From Eledone cirrhosa (Eukaryota), in assembly GCA_964016885.1 (NCBI GenBank), contig OZ024742.1:334924001-334988000 (forward strand): a stretch of 64,000 nt of DNA, read 5' to 3'. Positions 53,616-64,000 of this stretch are shown here, in pieces; within the stretch, counting starts at the first letter, position 1, and every line of letters starts with the position of its first letter. Position numbers and translations under genes: made by a program. Below the pieces are notes generated by a model. It worked only from the letters and a program-made list of their open reading frames with translations, did not search any database and was not told where the DNA came from.

Positions 53616-53793
53616 AGAAAATGTATGACCCGACGGCAGAGCTCAAGTCGTTTCGACAGTTATTCCTTATAGCCGTCGAAACGGCTTGAGCTCTGCCGTC
53701 GGGGTCATACATTTTCCTATTACCCTCTACCCTAAGTATTGAATACTCTGGTGCGTTATGGCCCATCCGGTTCCTTACCACAACTCCTTCGTT
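53616..53793. mobile_element. Family B fold-back in (TA)n
   Basis: Palindrome centred on GACAGTTAT-TCCTT-ATAGCCGTC, followed by GAAA-CGGC...GCCG-TC-GGGG. Confidence 0.88.
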
Positions 53794-54267
53794 ATATATA
53801 TATATATTTCATGGCACCATCTGCCAAACGAAGTAGGAAAACAACGCTTGAATTATATTGCAAGTTAGTGGCGGGTATAAGCAACGATGGCCATGAAACA
53901 GAGCTGGATGTCGACGGGGAATATTCTTAGCAAACTATTCTGGAGGTTTTCCAAATTAGGGATTATGAAAATTCGGAAACCTCCATGATATCATAATGCC
54001 ACAGGAAACATTAACTGTTCGTGACAAGCTCTGTCTATGGGGAAGTACCAACAGCCGAACTTGTCAGAAATACACGCTAAATGCACGCTAGAATATCCAT
54101 TGTCGGTGCATTGTCAATTTGCGGGCTCAAGTCGAACAGTTGCTATCATGTACTGTATAGACTTGGTTATCACCTTCCTTTGGTGAAGAAGAGCGACAAG
54201 TTTTCTTCTTCCTGATAGCTCTGATGAAACAAGGATATGCTGCAAGTACATGTATTATTTAAGAACA

Positions 54268-54455
54268 AGGGCGGTGAATTGGCAGTATCGGTAAAGGGTC
54301 GGACGCCATGCTTTGCAGCATAGAGTTACGGCCCTTTATGATCTGAGTTCAAATCCCGTCGAGGTTAACTTTGCCTTTCATCCTTAAGAGGTCGATAAAA
54401 TAAAGTACCAGGAATAGGTAATTGCTGGCCTTGTGCCAAAAGTAGAAACAATTAT
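54268..54455 (+). mobile_element. Deu/Nin-like SINE, full length with TSD
   Basis: TSD ATTATTTAAGAACA at 54254 and 54451. Confidence 0.92.
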
Positions 54456-54499
54456 TTAAGAACAGGAATTTTCGTCTCCAGCCAATCACTCATTAACAT

Positions 54500-55025
54500 A
54501 GTCCAGTGTCCGTGCATTACTGACTTGCGGTGTTATGTCGAACAGCTGCTGTCGTGTGTAGGATGGATCTGACTATTAACCGAGTCCATAGTGAAGGTCA
54601 GCCCACCTCCTTATTTTGGCTGGGGAGGGTAGGCAGGTTTCCTCTATCTGATGGCGAAAGTGGTTGTGTGGTGGATAAGGTTGAAAGGAATGAAGACAGA
54701 CACATTTCTCTTCGGTCAATCCTTCGTTAACCTTTTCAAGTTTAACTTTAAAAGGAAGGTGAGGGTGGAGAAAGAAGTGCTGCCCTCCAGTACATTTGCT
54801 AAAGGGTGGATGACTGTTGCATGAATAACCCATGGGAGTAGGCGCCTGTAGACTGGTTGATTTCAGGAGGAGAGGGGTGCCCTTCCTGGGTGCTCTCGAA
54901 TCGTCGGGTGGTTCAAGATTAATGGGATACCTGAGTCACCCCTGGGTGGTTTCTTCCCCTAATGGGGAATTCTGTTTATTTATTTTTTTTTTGTTATTCG
55001 CTTTTTACTCGATTTTATTGTAAAC
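54500..55025 (+). mobile_element. Old 3' fragment of a Tx1-like LINE related to copies A and B
   Basis: Translation MAKVVVWWIRLKGMKTDTFLFGQSFVNLFKFNFKRKVRVEKEVLPSSTFAKGW aligns with MAKEVVWWTRLKGLRSDTFLSGQQL...RIRMEREVL. Confidence 0.8.
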
Positions 55026-55057
55026 ACCGCTCCCTCCCACTGTCCGTCGGACAACAT

Positions 55058-55652
55058 ACTTTGTAGCATAGAGTTACGGCCCTTTACGGGTTGAGTTCAA
55101 ATCCCACCAAGGTGAGCTTTGGCTTTCCTTACGGGGTCGATAAATAAAGCACCAGTAATGTACTGGGGTCTATTTGATCGACTTTCCCCAAAAATTGTTG
55201 GCCTTGTGTCTAAATCAGGAATCATTATCATCATTATTGCTCGAACAAGGGCGGTGGATTGGCAGTATCGGTAGAGGGTAGGACACCATGCCCATGCTTT
55301 GCAGCATAGAGTTACGACCATTTATGATCTGAGTTCAAATCCCACCGAGGTTAACTTTGCCTTTCATCCTTATAGGGTCGATAAAATAAAGTACCAGTCA
55401 CGCACTGGGTTGATTTAATCGACTTTCCTCTCCACCAAAATTACTGGCCTTGTGTCTATATAAGATACCATTATTATTGCTGGAACATGCTTTGTAGCAC
55501 AGAGTTACGCCCCTTTCTGATCCGAGTTCAAATCCTGCCGAGGTTAACTTTGCCTTTCATCCTTACGGAGTCGATAAAATAAAGTACCAGTAATGTACTG
55601 GTGTTTTGCTGGCCTTGTGCCAAAAGTAGAAACAATTATTATTGCTGGAACA
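55058..55652 (+). mobile_element. Three tandem Deu/Nin-like SINEs
   Basis: Cores at ~55095, 55330 and 55525; each copy is followed by ATTATTGCT(C/G)GAACA. Confidence 0.88.
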
Positions 55653-55699
55653 GTGTATAACATAGCTGAATGAGAAATAGTAACGAGAGATGGAATTGA

Positions 55700-56150
55700 A
55701 AAGAGAATAGAGATGAGAGAGTGGAGAGAAAGAGAGAGGGTGGAGAGAAAGAGAGAGAGAGTGGAGAGAAATAGAGAGTGGAGAGAGAGGGGTGGATACA
55801 AAGAGAGAAAGAGTGAAGAGAAAGAGAAAGAGAGTGGAGAGAAAGAGATTGAGGGTGGAGAGAAAGAGATTGAGGGTGGAGAGAAAGAGAGAGAATTAAG
55901 AGATAGAGAGAGGTGGAGAGAAAGAGAGAGAGAGTGGAGAGAAAGCGAGAGTCGAGAGAAAGGGGTGGAAACAAAGAGAGAGACGGTGGAGAGAAAGAGA
56001 GAGAGAGTGGAGAGAAAGAGAGAGAATTAAGAGATAGAGAGAGGTGGAGAGAAAGAAAGAGAGTGGTGAGAAACAGAGAGAGTGGAGAGAAAGAGAGAGT
56101 GGGAGGGAACGAGGAGGAGAGTGGAGAGAAAGAGAGAGGATGGAGAGAGA
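55700..56150 (+). repeat. GA-rich degenerate minisatellite (GTGGAGAGAAAGAGA)
   Basis: Recurrent purine-rich unit. Confidence 0.85.
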
Positions 56151-56272
56151 GAATGTGTATCCAGAGAGGAAGGATGAGAAGATATTTGAAAGAAGGAAAG
56201 TAACAAGTGAGAGGGGGCAACAGAGAAAGAATAGAAACGATCGAAATAGAAGGACGTTGATAGGTCAGAATA

Positions 56273-56341
<69 letters not shown>

Positions 56342-56393
56342 ACGTAGTAGTGGTGGTGGTGGTGGTGGTGGTGGTGGTGGTGGTGGTGGCGGC

Positions 56394-56437
<44 letters not shown>

Positions 56438-56476
56438 TAGTAGCAGTAGCAGGAGCAGCAGCAGCAGTAGTAGTAC

Positions 56477-56513
<37 letters not shown>

Positions 56514-57100
56514 GGTAGTTGTGGTGGTGTTGGAGGTGGTGGTAGTGGCGGAGGTGGTGATATTATTATTATTATTATTAGTAGTAGTAGTAGTAGTAGT
56601 GGTGGTAGTAGTAGCAGTAGGTGGTGGTAGTTGTGCTGGTGGTGGTGGTGATGCTGGTGGTGGTGGTGGTGGTGGTAGTGGTGGTGGTGGTAGTGGTAGT
56701 AGTGGTGGTGGTGGTGGTGGAGGTGGTGGTGGCGATGGTGGTCGTGGTGGTGATGGTGGTGGTGGTTTTGGTGGTGGTGGAAGTAGTAGTAGTGTTGGTG
56801 GTAGAAGTGGTGGTAGTAGTAGTGGTGTTGGTGGTGGTAGAAGTGGTGGTAGTATTAGTGGTGGTGCTCGTGGTAGAAGTGGTGGTGGTGGTGGTGGTGG
56901 TGGTAGAAGTGGTGGTAGTAGTAGTGGTGGTGGTCGTGGTAGAAGTGGTTGTGGTGGTGGTGGTGGTGGTGGTGGTGGTGGTGGTGGTGGTGGTGGCGGC
57001 GGTGGTGGTGGTGGTGGTGGTGGTGGTGGTGGTGGTGGCGGTGGTGGTGGTGGTGGTGGTGGTAGTAGTAGTAGAAATTGTAGTGGTGGTGGTGGTCGTG
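56273..57100 (+). repeat. (GTA)n/(GGT)n compound microsatellite
   Basis: Trinucleotide runs. Confidence 0.95.
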
Positions 57101-57559
57101 TTATATGTATGTACAGAAAGAAAATGAAAGAGAAAGAAAATGAAAAAAGAAAGATGTCTGTATAAAAAGAAGGAGCTTAGAGAATAGTAATATTAGATAT
57201 TTGGGAAGTATTGAGGGGTTCGCTGTCTAAAGTGATTGCGAAGGGTCAAGGAATTACGAGAAAAGGACATAAGCAACAATTGGTATTGACCCCTTTTACT
57301 TAAAATGGTCTCTAGGGTAACAACAACAAATCGAAGATCATCAACAATAAAAACAAGACGAGTAACAGCACTGACAACAACAACATCTCCGACAACAAAA
57401 ACGACAGCATGAACAACAACAACAACAGCAACGATCTCACCACCACCAGCATCAACAACAACAACAACGACAACATACCACCTCTTCAACAACAACAACT
57501 ATACCACCATTTTACCACCAACACAGACAACAACAACGACAACGTACCACCTCTTCACC

Positions 57560-60500
57560 TCCACTGCCACCACCAACAACAATACCACCACCACCACCAC
57601 TGCCACCACCAACAACAATACCACCACCACCACCACTGCCACCACCAACAACAATACCACCACCACCACCACTGCCACCACCAACAACAATACCACCACC
57701 ACCACCACTGCCACCACCAACAACAATACCACCACCACCACCACTGCCACCACCAACAACAATACCACCACCACCACCACTGCCACCACCAACAACAATA
57801 CCACCATCACCACCACTGCCACCACCAACAACAATACCACCATCACCACCACTGCCGCCACCAACGACAACATACCACCACCACCACCACTGCCACCACC
57901 AACAACAATACCACCACCACCACCACTGCCACCACCAACAACAATACCACCACCACCACGACTGCCACCACCAACAACAATACCGCCATCACCACCACTG
58001 CCACCACCAACAACAATACCACCATCACCACCACTGCCACCACCATCACCACCACTGCCACCACCAACAACAATACCACCATCACCACCACTGCCACCAC
58101 CAACAACAATACCACCATCACCACCACTGCCGCCACCAACGACAACATACCACCACCACCACCACTGCCACCACCAACAACAATACCACCACCACCACCA
58201 CTGCCACCACCAACAACAATACCACCACCACCACCACTGCCACCACCAACAACAATACCGCCATCACCACCACTGCCACCACCATCACCACCACTGCCAC
58301 CACCATCACCACCACTGCCACCACCAACAACAATACCACCATCACCACCACTGCCGCCACCAACGACAACATACCACCACCACCACCACTGCCACCACCA
58401 ACAACAATACCACCACCACCACCACTGCCACCACCAACAACAATACCACCACCACCACCACTGCCACCACCAACAACAATACCGCCATCACCACCACTGC
58501 CACCACCATCACCACCACTGCCACCACCAACAACAATACCACCATCACCACCACTGCCACCACCATCACCACCACTGCCGCCACCAACGACAACATACCA
58601 CCACCACCACCACTGCCACCACCAACAACAATACCACCACCACCACCACTGCCACCACCAACAACAATACCGCCATCACCACCACTGCCACCACCAACAA
58701 CAATACCACCATCACCACCACTGCCACCACCATCACCACCACTGCCACCACCAACAACAATACCACCATCACCACCACTGCCACCACCAACAACAATACC
58801 ACCATCACCACCACTGCCGCCACCAACGACAACATACCACCACCACCACCACTGCCACCACCAACAACAATACCACCACCACCACCACTGCCACCACCAA
58901 CAACAATACCACCACCACCACCACTGCCACCACCAACAACAATACCGCCATCACCACCACTGCCACCACCAACAACAATACCACCATCACCACCACTGCC
59001 ACCACCATCACCACCACTGCCACCACCAACAACAATACCACCATCACCACCACTGCCGCCACCAACGACAACATACCACCACCACCACCACTGCCACCAC
59101 CAACAACAATACCACCACCACCACCACTGCCACCACCAACAACAATACCACCACCACCACCACTGCCACCACCAACAACAATACCGCCATCACCACCACT
59201 GCCACCACCATCACCACCACTGCCACCACCAACAACAATACCACCATCACCACCGCTGCCACCACCATCACCACCACTGCCACCACCAACAACAATACCA
59301 CCACCACCACCACTGCCACCACCAACAACAATACCACCACCACCACCACTGCCACCACCAACAACAATACCGCCATCACCACCACTGCCACCACCAACAA
59401 CAATACCACCATCACCACCACTGCCACCACCATCACCACCACTGCCACCACCAACAACAATACCACCATCACCACCACTGCCACCACCAACAACAATACC
59501 ACCATCACCACCACTGCCACCACCAACAACAATACCACCATCACCACCACTGCCACCACCAACAACAATACCACCATCACCACCACTGCCACCACCAACA
59601 ACAATACCACCACCACCATCCACTGCCACCACCAACAACACAGCCACCATCACCACCACTGCCACCACCAACCACACAGCCACCATCACCACCACTGCCA
59701 CCAACAACAACAATACCACCATCACCACCACTGCCACCACCAACAACAATACCACCATCACCACCACTGCCACCACCAACCACACAGCCACCATCACCAC
59801 CACTGCCACCACCAACAACAATACCACCACCACCACCACTGCCACCACCAACAACAATAGCGCCATCACCACCACTGCCACCACCAACAACAATACCACC
59901 ACCACCACCACTGCCACCACCAACAACAATACCACCACCACCACCACTGCCACCACCAACAACAATACCGCCATCACCACCACTGCCACCACCAACAACA
60001 ATACCACCATCACCACCACTGCCACCACCATCACCACCACTGCCACCACCAACAACAATACCACCATCACCACCACTGCCACCACCAACAACAATACCAC
60101 CATCACCACCACTGCCACCACCAACAACAATACCACCATCACCACCACTGCCACCACCAACAACAATACCACCATCACCACCACTGCCACCACCAACCAC
60201 ACAGCCACCATCACCACCACTGCCACCACCAACAACAATACCGCCATCACCACCACTGCCACCACCAACAACAATACCACCATCACCACCACTGCCACCA
60301 CCATCACCACCACTGCCACCACCAACAACAATACCACCATCACCACCACTGCCGCCACCAACGACAACATACCACCACCACCACCACTGCCACCACCAAC
60401 AACAATACCACCACCACCACCACTGCCACCACCAACAACAATACCACCACCACCACCACTGCCACCACCAACAACAATACCGCCATCACCACCACTGCCA

Positions 60501-63500
60501 CCACCAACAACAATACCACCATCACCACCACTGCCACCACCATCACCACCACTGCCACCACCAACAACAATACCACCATCACCACCACTGCCACCACCAA
60601 CAACAATACCACCATCACCACCACTGCCACCACCAACAACAATACCACCATCACCACCACTGCCACCACCAACAACAATACCACCATCACCACCACTGCC
60701 ACCACCAACAACAATACCACCATCACCACCACTGCCACCACCAACAACACAGCGACCATCACCACCACTGCCACCACCAACAACAATACCACCATCACCA
60801 CCACTGCCACCACCAACCACACAGCCACCATCACCACCACTGCCACCACCAACAACAATACCACCATCACCACCACTGCCACCACCAACAACAATACCAC
60901 CATCACCACCACTGCCACCACCAACAACACAGCCACCATCACCACCACTGCCACCACCAACAACAATACCACCATCACCACCACTGCCACCACCAACCAC
61001 ACAGCCACCATCACCACCACTGCCACCACCAACAACAATACCACCATCACCACCACTGCCACCACCAACAACACAGCCACCATCACCACCACTGCCACCA
61101 CCAACAACAATACCACCATCACCACCACTGCCACCACCAACAACACAGCCACCATCACCACCACTGCCACCACCAACAACAATACCACCATCACCACCAC
61201 TGCCACCACCAACAACAATACCACCATCACCACCACTGCCACCACCAACAACAATACCACCATCACCACCACTGCCACCACCAACAACAATACCACCATC
61301 ACCACCACTGCCACCACCAACCACACAGCCACCATCACCACCACTGCCACCACCAACAACAATACCACCATCACCACCACTGCCACCACCAACAACAATA
61401 CCACCATCACCACCACTGCCACCACCAACAACACAGCCACCATCACCACCACTGCCACCACCAACAACAATACCACCATCACCACCACTGCCACCACCAA
61501 CCACACAGCCACCATCACCACCACTGCCACCACCAACAACAATACCACCATCACCACCACTGCCACCACCAACAACAATACCACCATCACCACCACTGCC
61601 ACCACCAACAACACAGCCACCATCACCACCACTGCCACCACCAACAACAATACCACCATCACCACCACTGCCACCACCAACAACACAGCCACCATCACCA
61701 CCACTGCCACCACCAACAACAATACCACCATCACCACCACTGCCACCACCAACAACAATACCACCATCACCACCACTGCCACCACCAACAACAATACCAC
61801 CATCACCACCACTGCCACCACCAACAACAATACCACCATCACCACCACTGCCACCACCAACAACACAGCCACCATCACCACCACTGCCACCACCAACAAC
61901 AATACCACCATCACCACCACTGCCACCACCAACAACACAGCCACCATCACCAACTCTGCCACCACCAACAACAATACCACCATCACCACCACTGCCACCA
62001 CCAACAACACAGCCACCATCACCACCACTGCCACCACCAACAACACAGCCACCATCACCACCACTGCCACCACCAACAACACAGCCACCACCACCACCAC
62101 CACTGCCACCACCAACAACAATACCACCACCACCACCACTGCCACCACCAACAACAATACCACCATCACCACCACTGCCACCACCACTGCCACCACCAAC
62201 AACACAGCCACCATCACCACCACTGCCACCACCAACAACAATACCACCATCACCACCACTGCCACCACCAACAACAATACCACCATCACCACCACTGCCA
62301 CCACCAACAACAATACCACCATCACCTCCACTGCCACCACCAACAACAATACCACCATCACCACCACTGCCACCACCAACAACGATACCACCATCACCTC
62401 CACTGCCACCACCAACAACAATACCACCATTACCACCACTGCCACCACCAACAACAATACCACCATCACCACCACTGCCACCACCAACAACAATACCACC
62501 ATCACCACCACTGCCACCACCAACAACAATACCACCACCACTGCCACCACCAACAACAATACCACCATCACCACCACTGCCACCACCAACAACAATACCA
62601 CCATCACCACCACTGCCACCACCAACAACAATACCACCACCACTGCCACCACCAACAACAATACCACCATCACCACCACTGCCACCACCAACAACAATAC
62701 CACCACCACTGCCACCACCAACCACACAGCCACCATCACCACCACTGCCACCACCAACAACAATACCACCATCACCACCACTGCCACCACCAACAACAAT
62801 ACCACCATCACCTCCACTGCCACCACCAACAACAATACCACCATCACCACCACTGCCACCACCAACAACGATACCACCATCACCTCCACTGCCACCACCA
62901 ACAACAATACCACCACCACTGCCACCACCAACAACAATACCACCATCACCACCACTGCCACCACCAACAACAATACCACCATCACCACCACTGCCACCAC
63001 CAACAACAATACCACCATCACCACCACTGCCACCACCAACAACAATACCACCACCACTGCCACCACCAACAACAATACCACCATCACCACCACTGCCACC
63101 ACCAACAACAATACCACCATCACCACCACTGCCACCACCAACAACAATACCACCATCACCACCACTGCCACCACCAACAACAATACCACCACCACTGCCA
63201 CCACCAACAACAATACCACCATCACCACCACTGCCACCACCAACAACAATACCACCATCACCACCACTGCCACCACCAACAACAATACCACCACCACTGC
63301 CACCACCAACAACAATACCACCATCACCACCACTGCCACCACCAACAACAATACCACCACCACTGCCACCACCAACCACACAGCCACCATCACCACCACT
63401 GCCACCACCAACAACAATACCACCACCACTGCCACCACCAACAACAATACCACCATCACCACCACTGCCACCACCAATAACAATACCACCATCACCACCA

Positions 63501-64000
63501 CTGCCACCACCAACAACAATACCACCATCACCACCACTGCCACCACCAACAACACAGCCACCATCACCACCACTGCCACCACCAACCACAATGCCACCAT
63601 CACCACCACTGCCACCACCAACAACAATACCACCATCACCACCACTGCCACCACCAACAACAATACCACCATCACCACCACTGCCACCACCAACAACAAT
63701 ACCACCATCACCACCACTGCCACCACCAACAACAATACCACCATCACCACCACTGCCACCACCAACAACACAGCCACCATCACCACCACTGCCACCACCA
63801 ACAACAATACCACCATCACCACCTCTGCCACCACCAACAACAATACCACCATCACCTCCACTGCCACCACCAACAACAATACCACCACCACCACCACTGC
63901 CACCACCAACAACAATACCACCATCACCACCACTGCCACCACCAACAACAATACCACCATCACCACCACTGCCACCACCAACAACAATACCACCATCACC
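57560..64000 (+). repeat. 36-bp minisatellite (CCACCATCACCACCACTGCCACCACCAACAACAATA), more than 6.4 kb, running off the window
   Basis: The unit translates as HHHHHCHHQQQY, TTITTTATTNNN or PPSPPLPPPTTI depending on frame; shorter variants shift the frame. Confidence 0.97.

Noticed and set aside
56044-57165. 373-aa Val/Gly-rich ORF
   Set aside because: Made of GA-rich, (GTA)n and (GGT)n repeats.
57409-63480. 2023-aa His/Pro/Thr ORF and the antisense Gly/Val ORFs
   Set aside because: Translations of a 36-bp minisatellite lacking stop codons; the frame drifts among three peptides and there is no signal peptide or unique domain.

Overview
Eukaryotic, AT- and microsatellite-rich, repeat-dominated DNA. 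The SINE and microsatellite landscape resembles a coleoid cephalopod such as Octopus (inference). I find no convincing host protein-coding gene, and nearly all listed ORFs are translations of simple repeats. Supported content: two decayed L1/Tx1-clade LINEs inserted in (GATA)n (17.6-22.4 kb and 22.8-29.1 kb, minus strand); a 5'-truncated R4/Dong-type RLE LINE in (CATA)n; RTE fragments; a non-autonomous Helitron; about 15 copies of a Deu/Nin-domain-like tRNA SINE; a tRNA-Arg(TCG) gene or pseudogene; and 47-bp and 36-bp minisatellites. The most interesting signal is invisible in the ORF track. Many short elements inserted in (TA)n tracts form long fold-back palindromes and carry type I hammerhead ribozymes: at least 7 with intact cores plus several variant or half copies, from several unrelated families. 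One family is physically linked to a decayed GIY-YIG endonuclease of a Naiad-like Penelope-like element (PLE), which identifies it as a PLE pseudo-LTR. The inversion junctions repeatedly fall in or just 5' of the ribozyme core. All structures were folded by eye and need computational confirmation.
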